Source: an uncultured Poribacteria bacterium
Lineage (GTDB): Bacteria; Poribacteria; WGA-4E; WGA-3G
Length of the DNA: 64,000 bases
Reading direction: 5' to 3'
Assembly (NCBI GenBank): GCA_951813565.1
Contig: OX638351.1
Location: 1,248,001 to 1,312,000 of the forward strand
The translations under genes and the position numbers were made by a program. How positions within the stretch are numbered: the stretch's first letter is position 1; every line of letters starts with the position of its first letter. Below are positions 1 through 10,814 of the stretch, one piece after another. A model generated the notes under the pieces. That model ran no database searches and was not told the origin of the DNA. It was given only the letters and a program-made list of their open reading frames with translations.

Positions 1-2
1 AT

Positions 3-104
3 AACCCATTGCCCGGCGGCACTGATGATCGCACCTATCGTGTCAATACTGATGTAATTCCGCCAAAAGGCACAAAAGTCAAAGTTATTGTTCGTCCCAT
101 ATAA
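3..104 (+). CDS. 3' end of a YdjY-like domain protein (runs off the window start)
   Basis: Frame 3 reads NPLPGGTDDRTYRVNTDVIPPKGTKVKVIVRPI*, resembling the YdjY C-terminus; not in the ORF track. Confidence 0.55.
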   Translation, partial: NPLPGGTDDRTYRVNTDVIPPKGTKVKVIVRPI

Positions 105-156
105 ATCTTCAGACACAAGTTTCTCCGAAAAAATTAAAACTTATGGAAGGAAAACA

Positions 157-339
157 ATGCCTATTTTTGAATACGATTGCAACGCTTGTAAAACTAATTT
201 CGAGGTGTTACAACGCACAAACGATACGAAGAAACCGCTGAAATGCCCAAACTGTGGCACACAAGATACAAAGAAACGTTTTTCGGCATTCGCAGCCCTG
301 GGAACCGAAAAGGAAACTGTTAAAGATAGTGCAACCTGA
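157..339 (+). CDS. FmdB-family zinc-ribbon protein
   Basis: MPIFEYDCNAC...CPNCG; ATG at 157 after ggaagg RBS. Confidence 0.9.
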   Translation: MPIFEYDCNACKTNFEVLQRTNDTKKPLKCPNCGTQDTKKRFSAFAALGTEKETVKDSAT

Positions 340-369
340 GCGCTTCCAAATTAGTGACAGTTTGTCCTC

Positions 370-1779
370 ATGAAACAAAATCCAGAAGCAAAACCTGTAA
401 ATATTCTCCGTGAAATCGAAGGAAACAAGATTGCCCCAGTTTATCTACTCTGTGGTAAGGAAACTTTCCTTATTGAAGGGACGCTCAAACAGATGCTGGA
501 TAAACTCCTGCCTGCTGATACCCGTGATTTCAATTTAACCTCTTTAGATGGGAACGTCGCCTCCGTTAGGGAGATTCTCAGCAATGCTGAGACCTATCCG
601 ATGATGTCAAAATGGCGGATTATTGTAGTGGATGATTTTCCGGCATTCAAGACACAAAAACTGAGCACCTCACCACTGACTGTTATCCGTGATGCAATGC
701 AGGTTGAAACGGAAGATGTTCAAAAATGTGTTACGGATATCGCCAAACTTCTCGGTGTGCCTACGCAACAGATTGCTAATCAGCATGCAGATTTCAGTAG
801 TGCTGTTGAAGAGATAAGTGAAACATTGGGAGGCGGATTAACCGATGATGTGAAAGCATTTTTCACACGTATACCCAAACTTGCAGCGCAACTGGATATC
901 CATTCGGCAAATAGTAGCAGTAATGATGATGCGGATATGTTATTGGAATGGCTTCAAGGCGATCTGCCTAAAACGAGTGTGCTTATTTTTACGGTGAAAG
1001 ATGAGGTAAGTAAGACAAATCGGTTTGCTAAAGCGATTCAAGAAGTGGGTAGGTATGTTTCTTTTGATCCTTTGGAAAAAGGGACTTCACTTAACCGTGA
1101 TCCGCTTTATAAAAAGGTTATGGAAAAGTTTGCTACATATAATAAGAAAATTACGCCGCGCGCGTTTGAACAACTCCGTAGCCGAACCGGTAGCGACATG
1201 CATACTATTGCTGAGGCAATCGACAAAATTATCAACTTTGTCGGTGATAAACAGCAGGTAGATGAACTTGATGTCCGTAATTTGGTAACACAGAGTGCTT
1301 TTGACAGAATTTTTGATCTTACCGATGCAATCGGAAAACGTTCAACTCGGCAAGCATTGAAAAGCCTTCGCGAAGTGTTAGCAAGCGGTCAAGGACCGAT
1401 CCCACTCACTGCAGCAATAGTAAGCCACCTCCGATTGACTCTCCAAGCGAAGTTAATCATTGGCAAAAAGGGTATCAAACCGATAAGTAGTCAGATGCGC
1501 TACCCTGATTTTACAACAAAAATTTTTCAACCGCTTGCAGAGGAGATAAAATATCTCTTACCAAATTCAGCATCTTATAACATTCTGAAACGAAATCCTT
1601 ATATTGCTTTTAAGATATTTCAAACGTTACACGCATTCACTGCTGAGGAATTAATGACTGCTCTGGAAAAAACGTTGGAAGTGGAAATTCAATTGAAAAC
1701 AACTCCATTTGATAAGGAAGTACTTCTCGAACAATTGATATATGATATATGCAACAGTTCAAAGCATCGGTGGGATTGA
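370..1779 (+). CDS. holA: DNA polymerase III subunit delta, with a large insertion
   Basis: PVYLLCGKETFL, DFNLTSLDG, IFDLTDAIG, LEVEIQLKT motifs. Confidence 0.85.
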   Translation: MKQNPEAKPVNILREIEGNKIAPVYLLCGKETFLIEGTLKQMLDKLLPADTRDFNLTSLDGNVASVREILSNAETYPMMSKWRIIVVDDFPAFKTQKLSTSPLTVIRDAMQVETEDVQKCVTDIAKLLGVPTQQIANQHADFSSAVEEISETLGGGLTDDVKAFFTRIPKLAAQLDIHSANSSSNDDADMLLEWLQGDLPKTSVLIFTVKDEVSKTNRFAKAIQEVGRYVSFDPLEKGTSLNRDPLYKKVMEKFATYNKKITPRAFEQLRSRTGSDMHTIAEAIDKIINFVGDKQQVDELDVRNLVTQSAFDRIFDLTDAIGKRSTRQALKSLREVLASGQGPIPLTAAIVSHLRLTLQAKLIIGKKGIKPISSQMRYPDFTTKIFQPLAEEIKYLLPNSASYNILKRNPYIAFKIFQTLHAFTAEELMTALEKTLEVEIQLKTTPFDKEVLLEQLIYDICNSSKHRWD

Positions 1780-1829
1780 TTAGCGTAAAATCTGCAATTA
1801 TTGGAGTGTTCATCCTCAAAGAGATTGAA

Positions 1830-2612
1830 ATGATTTTCCGACAACTTATTACATATTGTCTTTTGTTAACATTGTTTTTGCTGAGTGCCCAAGCATTACC
1901 ACCACGATCCCCTGCGGGTGGAAAGATGCTGCAATTAGATGAAACTCACGATTATGTTGGCACCGGCGAGGCGTGGTTTCCTGATGAACAGTTTGAGCAG
2001 TTGACTGTTGAAGCATGGATTTACTTTGAAGAACCTGCAGGACCATCGAAACTTTGGTCAATCATTGGTCAGGAAGGGCGATTCAATTTTATTGTGACCG
2101 GTGGGGGTTCTTTAGGGTCTTGGGCAGCACATAAGGCCGCAAAAGACACTTCAATGGTTGTTAACTCTTTACCGCTGCCTACACGGGAATGGGTGCATGT
2201 CGTTGGGATGTATTATGCCAAAGCAGGCATGGGATTCAATGGTAAAGGCGGCATTTGGTGCTGTCCGGGTGGACATTTCATGAAATCGTATAAGCCCTTA
2301 CGTATTGGCGGTATCATTCCCAAAAATCAAGAAAAACGCTATTTCAGTGGAGAAAATGTGAAATTTAGGGGATTTATTGATGAAATGCGAATTTCGAATA
2401 TCCTCCGATATCCGGATCGAGAGTGGAAAATTCCGCAAAAAAAATTCAAGGTAGATGAACATACTATTTCACTATGGCATTTTAATGAAGAACCTTTTTC
2501 CAGCCGTTATAGAGATGAATCTGGAAATGGTTATGATCTCTGGAGGAGTGATGTGCTGCCAATCACTGCACAGAAGAAACTTAGCGTTCTGTGGGGAGAG
2601 CTTAAGCGCTAA
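1830..2612 (+). CDS. Secreted LamG/ConA-like jellyroll protein with C-terminal WGELK tag
   Basis: Signal peptide from ATG 1830; LTVEAWI, WVHVVG, FRGFIDEMRIS, ISLWHFNE. Confidence 0.85.
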   Translation: MIFRQLITYCLLLTLFLLSAQALPPRSPAGGKMLQLDETHDYVGTGEAWFPDEQFEQLTVEAWIYFEEPAGPSKLWSIIGQEGRFNFIVTGGGSLGSWAAHKAAKDTSMVVNSLPLPTREWVHVVGMYYAKAGMGFNGKGGIWCCPGGHFMKSYKPLRIGGIIPKNQEKRYFSGENVKFRGFIDEMRISNILRYPDREWKIPQKKFKVDEHTISLWHFNEEPFSSRYRDESGNGYDLWRSDVLPITAQKKLSVLWGELKR

Positions 2613-2780
2613 ATTCTTTAGATATATTTTTTGAAAGGGTAGTTTGATTTATATTCATCTGCTCCGCTGGAGCGAGAAGAGTTACAGCGCATCAATAAGA
2701 GAACTGGCATAATCATAAATAACGGTTATTATAACCACTGTCAATTTTTGATGAGGGTTCATCCCTCAAGGAAATAAAAA

Positions 2781-3572
2781 ATGATATTCCGACAACTCAT
2801 TACAGGTTTTCTTTTCTTAACATTGGTTTCGCTGAGTGTCCAAGCCTTACCACCGCCATCTCCTCAGGATGGAAGGATGTTGCAGCTGGATGGAAAACAC
2901 GATTATGTTGGCACCGTCGATTCATGGTTTCCTGATGAACAGTTTGAGCAGTTGACTGTTGAAGCCTGGGTCTACTTTGAAGAACCGCCAGGACCATCGA
3001 AATTTTGGTCGATTTTTGGTCAAGAAGGGCGATTCAATTTGGTTATATCTGGCAGTAGAGGTGTCTTAGGATCATGGGCAGCTCACAATGACCGAGGACG
3101 GGACTCTTCAATAACTATTCAAATAAATCCGCTGCCCAGAAAGCAGTGGGTGCATGTCGTTGGTATGTACAATGCCAGAGCAGGCATGGGAATTAACGGC
3201 AATGGAGGCATTTGGTGCTGTCAGGGTGGACATCTCGTTGATTCAAATAAGCCCTTTCGTATTGGCGGAATTATTGTTCCGCAGAAACCGGAACCGCCTC
3301 GTTTCGTTGGAGAAAATGTGAAATTTCGGGGGTATATAGATGAAGTGCGAATTTCGAATATTCTCCGATATCCGGAAAGAGATTGGAAAATTCCAGAAAG
3401 AAAATTCAAGGTTGATGAACATACTATTTCACTATGGCATTTTGACGAAGCACCTTGGTTAGGCCGTTTCAAAGATGAATCTGGAAACGGTTATGACCTA
3501 TGGAGAGGTGACTCAATGTCAGTCGAAGCAGGAGGGAAACTAACAACTAAATGGGGAGAACTGAAACGGTAA
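2781..3572 (+). CDS. Secreted LamG-like protein, tandem paralog
   Basis: Highly similar to 1830-2612; ends KLTTKWGELKR. Confidence 0.85.
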   Translation: MIFRQLITGFLFLTLVSLSVQALPPPSPQDGRMLQLDGKHDYVGTVDSWFPDEQFEQLTVEAWVYFEEPPGPSKFWSIFGQEGRFNLVISGSRGVLGSWAAHNDRGRDSSITIQINPLPRKQWVHVVGMYNARAGMGINGNGGIWCCQGGHLVDSNKPFRIGGIIVPQKPEPPRFVGENVKFRGYIDEVRISNILRYPERDWKIPERKFKVDEHTISLWHFDEAPWLGRFKDESGNGYDLWRGDSMSVEAGGKLTTKWGELKR

Positions 3573-3598
3573 ATTCTTCAGAAGACAGGCAAACGCCA

Positions 3599-4339
3599 TT
3601 AATGTGTAAGTGAATAGATAACAGCATTTATCCCCATTTTCAGCGCTATATTGGAATATTCTCGCGGATAAAAATCCTCTGCAGCGTGTTCCCACGCATC
3701 GCCAAGGTCTGAATTGAAACATATCATCATCATGAGCCGCCCTTTGTCATCAAAAACCCCCAAATACCGTGCTGGATGTCCATCATAACGTTCATAGGTT
3801 CGCCCACTAAAGAGTGCTCGTAACCCAGGAATCTGAATTAGTTTTTCAATTTTGAAAAAACACCTGAAAATCGGATGTGATACAGGGATGTCCACTGGTT
3901 CCCGTTTCGGGAATATTTTTTTGAACTCTGTATAGAACCACTTCCACTCCATCCCACCATGAAAATCATCAACAAAGATGAACCCACCGCGTAGGAGGTA
4001 TTCACGCAAGTTTTCCGCGTCTGCTTTGGTAAGCCGCATACTCCCTACCTCCAATATGTATGCAAATGGATAATCAAATAAATCTTCCGACCAGACAGGA
4101 ATTTGTATCGGGTCGGAGGCAACATCAATATTCGTCTGCTTGCTGAGTTGATACAAAAAATTTCGGTCAGAAGCAGGATAATCTACCTCCCAACTACTGA
4201 GTCGGGTGAGATTACCTCTATATTGGAGGCGAACGAAGGTGAATTCATGCTCCTGATTTGCCTGCGAATTTCGAAGTGTGTTCGGGAAGAATGTTATAAT
4301 GAGAAAGGTTAATGAGATTATAATTCGTATATTTTTCAT
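3599..4339 (-). CDS. DUF4159 family protein
   Basis: FTFVRLQY, DYPASD, LREYLLRGGFIFVDDFHG, NSDLGDAWE, GINAVIYSLTH. Confidence 0.9.
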   Translation of the reverse strand: MKNIRIIISLTFLIITFFPNTLRNSQANQEHEFTFVRLQYRGNLTRLSSWEVDYPASDRNFLYQLSKQTNIDVASDPIQIPVWSEDLFDYPFAYILEVGSMRLTKADAENLREYLLRGGFIFVDDFHGGMEWKWFYTEFKKIFPKREPVDIPVSHPIFRCFFKIEKLIQIPGLRALFSGRTYERYDGHPARYLGVFDDKGRLMMMICFNSDLGDAWEHAAEDFYPREYSNIALKMGINAVIYSLTH

Positions 4340-6753
4340 TAAAAACTATTATACCATGAAAAAGAGGTTTGCCAACCTTTCAATGAATCCAATGTTTTGG
4401 CAATATTGATTCTTAACGGCCCATTTTCTTGAAACTGTAAACCGATGCCGACATCTGCTTTTGGATCGAAAGTAAAGGTATTGTCTGAAACATTCCAAAC
4501 TTGTCCTTCGTCAAAGAAAAAGACAAGGAAAATGTTATTGAAAATATTCCATTTTGACAGGTTTGATAAACGGTAATGAAATTCAATATTAAGCAAAACC
4601 CCGCGGTCTCCTATAAACGTATATTGTGAGTCTTCATACAACGGTTCTGTGGAGGCTTCTTTTTCAGCATCGTTTATGGTGACATAAAAAGGGTAACCTC
4701 TCAACCCTCCAAGTCCGCTAATTACAAATTTTCTTTGGATTGGTAGAGGAGCATTAGCGAAACCGAAAAGCAATCGTGTGCGAATACGGTGGTTATCTAA
4801 AGGAAAAGCATACCGAAAATGCAATTGAGCCCGTGTGAAATCAAAATCGGAGCCGACAGCAGTGTTACTATGCTCAACGAAGAGTGTATTATGCCATCCA
4901 AGATAATCCGTTTGTGTATTAAAATCGTATTGAAAAGTGAGGCTTCGCATTTGACCAGGGTCTATTGAAGGATTTTCTCTGACTGTCAATTTCTTTAGCA
5001 CCCATTTTGCCAGAATCCAATCTGTGCTTTTTTCCAGACTTGTGTGTGATTCGGCAAGCATCCCCAATTTGAAGGAGTGGGTCGGCATTATCGGACTCCA
5101 GCGCAGCCCTACTCCAATTCCCTGTCTCAAATAATAATTATGAGGGTCGGGATACCCAAAGATCAGTTGAAACGTGGTTGCCGAATCGTTGTAGGCAGGA
5201 TTGTTATAGTGAGGAAAAAGTTCGGGAGCCATCAAATCGGTCTGTCGGTGGAATTGTGCTGTAAGTCCGAGATTCCAAACATAAGGTTTACCCCAGTTCG
5301 CTCTGCCGCCAAAATGGTAGTGAAAATGCGGATTTCCTGAATTGTAACTAACTTTCCCAAAAAGATTATAAGTTTGCGTGCTTAACGTGTCCTCTACATT
5401 CCACCTCCATAAAGGTCCAACGCCAGTCGGTTTTCCCATCTGAAAACCGGTACCGACTTCCCCGTTGGTGACACGGTTAAACTTTACAAAAAGCGGTGGA
5501 CGAAGTCCAAGATAAGCATTTGAAGAGAGGCGTTTTTCATCAACGGTAATCGTCGCTACACGAGCGGCGTTTTCCTCATTAACTTGTAAGCGCACCTCAT
5601 TAAAATAGGGCATTACTTTAAACATAGTTTTCAGTGCCTGTTCAATATTCTCAGAGCCGTTATTCAGTGTTTGTCGGATACGTTCCTCTGAAACCTGCTC
5701 ATTCCCACGGATACGTATTTCGTGAATCGGCATATCTCCTGCTCTGAATCGTGTTGCTGCATGTGGGAAGAACTTGTCAGTTTCAAGGCTTGAAGTGGCT
5801 GCCCTGACTTTTCGGTTTGCCCCTGATTGTGTTATCGTTAGAGACTTAAGAATTGACAGTGATTTTGATGACCTTTGACGATTTTCAACGGTCAAAATGG
5901 CGATGCTCTTTCCATCCTCTTCCGTGATCCGAACAGATATTTTTCGACGATTATCCAGCGATTTCATAATCATAGGTAGGACATTTTCCAAATTACCTGA
6001 TCCGCTTGCAAGAAACTTTAAGATATTTGTTCTTTCTGGACTTGTCGTGTTCTGAATTATGAAATCATGAATCTGAATGCCGTTGAACTGCCAAGATGAT
6101 GTTACTAAGGGTTTTTGTGGATCTACACTAACAGATTGAAGGTTCTTTTTTTGAGGGACAGGTTTTTGGAGGGATTTTGTCTTTATAGTCGTTGGATTAG
6201 GTACTGGCTCTGCAGTTTCAGATGACGGTTTAGGAGGGGCGAGAGCTGAATCCGGTAACCTTCCAAGCCTTTTCAGTACCGGTATATCAATACCAAGCTG
6301 ATTAAGATTTCGTAATAAATCTCCAACCTGTTTCGGAGGTATTTTTCCCATGATGTTGATAAGATAAACACCCTCTCCACTATGGACAATCACAAAGATA
6401 CCATCTATAAATTCTTTTTGTCTAAATGTAAAAAGATGTAATCTATCACTTCTCTGATAGACGTTCCACCCGCGTGCTGTTAGTCTATCTTTATAGTGTT
6501 GAAGCATCGTTTTGTAATTGAGACCTTTACTATGATAATTTCGTAAATATAGGTTGTCCAAGGTACGAAACAACGAAGCGATTTCAGTATTTGGGTTTTC
6601 CATTACCTGCGCAATGATGCGGCGATCTAAATCAAATTTAAATTGCGCAGATGGTGCATTATGCCAATTGAAAGATACTTTTCCGCTACCTTTTTGTGCG
6701 CTTGCAGTTCCACAGAGAAGCATTAAACACAATATCACAAGAAAGTTTTTCAT
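4339..6753 (-). CDS. Omp85/BamA-TamA-like outer-membrane protein with N-terminal DUF4252-like and POTRA-like domains
   Basis: Signal peptide; VYLINIMGKIP; IHEIRIRGNEQVSEERI (POTRA); GGLRGY loop; FFDEGQVW; terminal F. Confidence 0.7.
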   Translation of the reverse strand: MKNFLVILCLMLLCGTASAQKGSGKVSFNWHNAPSAQFKFDLDRRIIAQVMENPNTEIASLFRTLDNLYLRNYHSKGLNYKTMLQHYKDRLTARGWNVYQRSDRLHLFTFRQKEFIDGIFVIVHSGEGVYLINIMGKIPPKQVGDLLRNLNQLGIDIPVLKRLGRLPDSALAPPKPSSETAEPVPNPTTIKTKSLQKPVPQKKNLQSVSVDPQKPLVTSSWQFNGIQIHDFIIQNTTSPERTNILKFLASGSGNLENVLPMIMKSLDNRRKISVRITEEDGKSIAILTVENRQRSSKSLSILKSLTITQSGANRKVRAATSSLETDKFFPHAATRFRAGDMPIHEIRIRGNEQVSEERIRQTLNNGSENIEQALKTMFKVMPYFNEVRLQVNEENAARVATITVDEKRLSSNAYLGLRPPLFVKFNRVTNGEVGTGFQMGKPTGVGPLWRWNVEDTLSTQTYNLFGKVSYNSGNPHFHYHFGGRANWGKPYVWNLGLTAQFHRQTDLMAPELFPHYNNPAYNDSATTFQLIFGYPDPHNYYLRQGIGVGLRWSPIMPTHSFKLGMLAESHTSLEKSTDWILAKWVLKKLTVRENPSIDPGQMRSLTFQYDFNTQTDYLGWHNTLFVEHSNTAVGSDFDFTRAQLHFRYAFPLDNHRIRTRLLFGFANAPLPIQRKFVISGLGGLRGYPFYVTINDAEKEASTEPLYEDSQYTFIGDRGVLLNIEFHYRLSNLSKWNIFNNIFLVFFFDEGQVWNVSDNTFTFDPKADVGIGLQFQENGPLRINIAKTLDSLKGWQTSFSWYNSF

Positions 6754-6761
6754 TGCAGTCC

Positions 6762-7877
6762 TTACTGTTTTGATTTTTCCATCTTTTTCAACTGTTGTTT
6801 TAACTTTCTCAACTCATCTGGAACATCGGGTTTTCCGGGATGGAAGATAACTTCCGGTGGGACAATCCGTTTCGAACGGTTTGGTGGTTTATAAAACCAT
6901 TGTAATGTAATACTGTATCGTGGACCTTGGAAATAGTGTATCTCAACAGGATGAAATCCTGTGGTAAGTGCGATGTAAGATTTTCTACTTCGATCATCGT
7001 GAACACCGTCGTTATCTACAACTAATTTTCCATTTATAAATAACTTTGACCCGTCATCAGAGATTAACTCAAACATATATGTGCCGGGTGTATCCACAGC
7101 CAATTTTCCACGGAAATGTACAGCGAAATTTTCAAGTACATTCTGTTTCTGCGGTGTGGGAAACCCCTCAGTATAATGTCTTGGAGCTACATCCAATTTC
7201 GCGGTTGCAAAAGTGTAAACAGGGCTCATCCGTTTAAAATCTGGAATTCTATGAAGTGTGTGACCGGGAATGTAGACCTGACCTATAAATCCGTGGCCGG
7301 GCATGACGTCTGTGTCAAAGATACCAAGTCCCATGATGCCTTCATCCAAATCAATTGAACCGAGGTCCCCTATACTCGCTACGTTTGATAATCCTTTGCC
7401 CACACCGCTGCCTTGTCCGGTGCCTGTGCCGCCACGACCAGGTCCACGGACATTACCTCCCGCTCCGCGGTATTTCCGACCGACAACAGGCCCCGCTGCT
7501 TCAGCATCGTTCCCAAAACTCGTGTTTGGTAGTGCAAGAGTGTCTGCTTGAGGTATATCTGCATAAGTGACAATTTCTGGTGCGACATTATCAAAGGTCG
7601 GGGCTTTTGGCGGGTTCATCTCTGGGTCATACTTTGGTGCAGCGCGCGAAAGGGTAGGCGATCCGCCAGCGTTGCTCCGTTTCGGTTGCACCGTTTGATG
7701 TTGGCGCATCAAACGTCGTTTCACTCGCTCAGGCGTACCCACCCTAAAGATTACAAGAGAGAGATCGTCATCTGCTTCAATGAAATGTTTCATCAGAAAC
7801 GGTGATATTATTAATACTAATATAATATGTACCACAAAAGATAAAAATAGAGATATTTTGGTTTTGTTTTTTTTCAT
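6762..7877 (-). CDS. Membrane-anchored protein: TonB-like anchor, Pro/Gly-rich linker, C-terminal PA14 domain
   Basis: SFVVHIIL anchor; ENFAVHFRG, SDDGSKLFI, DNDGVH. Confidence 0.8.
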   Translation of the reverse strand: MKKNKTKISLFLSFVVHIILVLIISPFLMKHFIEADDDLSLVIFRVGTPERVKRRLMRQHQTVQPKRSNAGGSPTLSRAAPKYDPEMNPPKAPTFDNVAPEIVTYADIPQADTLALPNTSFGNDAEAAGPVVGRKYRGAGGNVRGPGRGGTGTGQGSGVGKGLSNVASIGDLGSIDLDEGIMGLGIFDTDVMPGHGFIGQVYIPGHTLHRIPDFKRMSPVYTFATAKLDVAPRHYTEGFPTPQKQNVLENFAVHFRGKLAVDTPGTYMFELISDDGSKLFINGKLVVDNDGVHDDRSRKSYIALTTGFHPVEIHYFQGPRYSITLQWFYKPPNRSKRIVPPEVIFHPGKPDVPDELRKLKQQLKKMEKSKQ

Positions 7878-8028
7878 GACACAATCCACCTTATGCCAAA
7901 TTAACAGGATTTATCTTGTTTTATTGGAGTCAGATGCGGTTAGGAAACCGCATCTACCGAGACGAATCGCGTTAATTTGGTATTATTTACTTTAGTGTTG
8001 CCTGCGCAACAGAGTTTAGAACAAAATC

Positions 8029-10353
8029 CTAAAAACTATAGAAAAACATTAGATTAAATTGAATACCTTGTTCTGCTTCAAATGCTTTTGCAACGTTGAA
8101 ACGAAAAATATCAACCTCCGATGCAACCTGTAGACCAATACCAACACTCCCTTTCGGTTTGAAATGCCGATCACTGCCCAGTTCATTCCAAACTTGTCCT
8201 TGATCAAAAAGAAGAACCACATGGATATTATTCAACACATTCACATTGATGAAATTTAGTACATTAATTTTATTGAAATTCGGCAAACCGATAAGAAATT
8301 CAACGTTGAAAAGGTATCCATGATCACCAGCAAACGTATATAACGGATAACCGTTGAGCGTGCCAATCCCGCCAATAACAAATTGGCGTTGAATCGGCAG
8401 GATCGCTGTACTAAAATGATCCTCAGCAGGTTTGCCTACAACTGAACTCAGCACAAACCGAGTGCGAAGTTGGTTATTTCGGTAGGGAACTGCATATCGC
8501 AGATGCGTTTGAAACCGTGTCCAATCAAAATCAGACCCAAAGTTACGGTTGCTATGTTCAACGAGGACAGTATTATGCCAACCAAGGTAATTATATCGAT
8601 CATTGGAATCAAACTTAAAATTGATGCTCCGCATGTTGCCCGGTGTTATTACAAGGTTTTCCCGGACTTTTGATGATGACCACAAGTTAAAAATATGCCA
8701 ATCAGTTGTTTTATGTAAACTTTCATGTGTTTCCCAAAGCATAGAAAGGTTGAAATTTATTGACCTTTTTGGTTGCCATTGTAAAGCAATCTCTGCTCCG
8801 TTTCTTAAATAGTAGTCCTGATGATCTGGCACGCCAACAATACGTAGAAAAAGTGTTCCAGTCTCATCATAACCAGCGAAAAGTTCCGGTGCGATTGTAG
8901 TTATAGCGCGTTGAAACTGCGCGCTTAAACCTAAATTCCATTTGCCATTTTCTCCCCAGATTCGGTCGCCACCAATCCGGTAATAGAGTTGTTTATTCCC
9001 AAATCCGTAACCAAACTGCGCAAAAAGTTTAGAGTTATCCTTTTCAATTGGGATATTAGAGTACCAGTCAAATTCAAAAGGTGTTATATTATCTCTCTTT
9101 TGCGAGCGCAAGCCAGTTTCAACACGCGCGCCAAGTTCCCAACCTGTCACGCGATTAAACCCTATCCGTGGAATTGTAGTTGTATATGCACTTAAAGGAA
9201 GTGGTTTCTCTAATACATTTATTGTAGCGATACGTTGTGCGCCTGATTTTTTAATTCTAACTTGGGCGTCTTCAAATTCCGAAATGGACTCAGACAGTTT
9301 CTGTGTAGCATCTTCAATTTCTATAGGTCCATTTTCGAGTGCTTTTATAATCGCTTCAGACTCATTATTATAATTACCCTCAACCTGTATCTCATCAATA
9401 GCGTCGCCGTTATGGGTGTAATACCTTTTTGAAAGCGGAATTAGACCATCTTTATTTGTAATATCTTCCAAGTATATTTTAACCCACTTTTCTCCGGTAT
9501 TTATGGTAACTTTTTGCACAAATTTCGCCACATCAGAATTCGATAGTTTTTTCAACAATACCGCGAGGTCATCTGAACCTTCTTGGGGTGCGATATTTCC
9601 GAAGAAAACATCTTTTACTGCATTCACTCTCTCTTTGTTGCTGACGCCTCTGCTTTTCGTGTGTGCCTGTATCTGAATTTTCCGAATCGGTTGTCCGTGG
9701 TAAGTCCAATCTGTTGGATGTGTTTCTTGCATTGTCCCTGAAAACTGGACAAAAGGATTGGGTGAATCTTCTGGCATACGAAGCATTGTTACCGGTTTCT
9801 TGTCCAATAAAATCTCTTCGGTTTCAGAAATTGCTGGTTCTGTTCGAGTATTTGGCGACTCAAGTGTTTCACCGAGCGATCTTAATTCAGGTATCCAAAT
9901 GCCGATTACATTTAGGTTTGCTAACAGCGCACCTATTTGTTCTTTCGGAATCTGTCCAACGACGTTGAGCAGATGCACCTCTGATCTACTCTTGACAATT
10001 GCAAAGATACCTGTGCATGTATCTTCTGGTCCTGAGTCGTTAAGCACAGAAATTTGCCAGTTTTCATCTGCAGCAAAACTTTCCCACCCCTTCCGTTTTA
10101 ACTTCTCACCATAATATTCAACCAATTTGTCAAAAAGTCCTTCTTCAGCATTGTACGTGCGGAGATATAGATTTTCCACAGCATCAAAGGGTTTAGTAGT
10201 TGAGATAAGCGAGATCAACTCATGGTTGAGATTAAACTGAAACTTGACAGGTGGCACATCAGGGCAATCGAAAGGGATCGTTCCTCCTGGTCTCTGTGCA
10301 TACGATAGCATTGTTCCAGCAAGTAGCAGGAATACAATAATAGTTTTTTTCAT
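8029..10353 (-). CDS. Second DUF4252-POTRA-Omp85-like barrel paralog
   Basis: Same architecture as 4339-6753; FNRVTG, GIGTLNGY, FDQGQVW, terminal F; start taken at MKKTIIV. Confidence 0.7.
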   Translation of the reverse strand: MKKTIIVFLLLAGTMLSYAQRPGGTIPFDCPDVPPVKFQFNLNHELISLISTTKPFDAVENLYLRTYNAEEGLFDKLVEYYGEKLKRKGWESFAADENWQISVLNDSGPEDTCTGIFAIVKSRSEVHLLNVVGQIPKEQIGALLANLNVIGIWIPELRSLGETLESPNTRTEPAISETEEILLDKKPVTMLRMPEDSPNPFVQFSGTMQETHPTDWTYHGQPIRKIQIQAHTKSRGVSNKERVNAVKDVFFGNIAPQEGSDDLAVLLKKLSNSDVAKFVQKVTINTGEKWVKIYLEDITNKDGLIPLSKRYYTHNGDAIDEIQVEGNYNNESEAIIKALENGPIEIEDATQKLSESISEFEDAQVRIKKSGAQRIATINVLEKPLPLSAYTTTIPRIGFNRVTGWELGARVETGLRSQKRDNITPFEFDWYSNIPIEKDNSKLFAQFGYGFGNKQLYYRIGGDRIWGENGKWNLGLSAQFQRAITTIAPELFAGYDETGTLFLRIVGVPDHQDYYLRNGAEIALQWQPKRSINFNLSMLWETHESLHKTTDWHIFNLWSSSKVRENLVITPGNMRSINFKFDSNDRYNYLGWHNTVLVEHSNRNFGSDFDWTRFQTHLRYAVPYRNNQLRTRFVLSSVVGKPAEDHFSTAILPIQRQFVIGGIGTLNGYPLYTFAGDHGYLFNVEFLIGLPNFNKINVLNFINVNVLNNIHVVLLFDQGQVWNELGSDRHFKPKGSVGIGLQVASEVDIFRFNVAKAFEAEQGIQFNLMFFYSF

Positions 10354-10553
10354 GGTGGATATTGACAGTAACAAGTCCACTCTTGCGTTGATCTGTTGTG
10401 CTATCAAGCAGTTCTATGGATTCATACTGAGCAGATTTATCGTTAATACAAAATATTAATGATAAAGTTACAAGATTAAACGCATATTTTCGCCATGGTG
10501 TTTACAATTTTAACAGATTAAGGGTTTTGTTGTCAAATTTGGCGTTTATACTA

Positions 10554-10749
10554 CAGAGCCATTCAATTGTCGCGAAGCACTCTTATAGGAAGGCTTTATA
10601 AGGCAGATTTAACAGCAAAAGTATTTGTAGTCGCTCAATTCATCGCCAAATCAACGCCAAATGCACGTATGGCATTCGTCGCCTCTTTTAACCTTTGGAA
10701 ACGCTATTTTACTTTATGGATTAGAATACGCGACAATTGAATGCCTCTG
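10554..10749. mobile_element. MITE with CAGAG(C/G)CATTCAATTG TIRs and 10-bp TSD GTTTATACTA
   Basis: TIRs cagagccattcaattgtcgcg / cgcgacaattgaatgcctctg; TSD at 10544-10553 and 10750-10759. Confidence 0.85.
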
Positions 10750-10814
10750 GTTTATACTACCAATGCTGAGGTATGTGAGGAGAGTTTAGTTTACTCAAAA
10801 GGTAGGGTTTGCTT

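Noticed and set aside
1749..1829. ORF-track upstream starts (1749, 10407, 12849, 14128, 36090, 54537)
   Set aside because: Downstream ATGs fit RBS, signal peptide or paralog starts better
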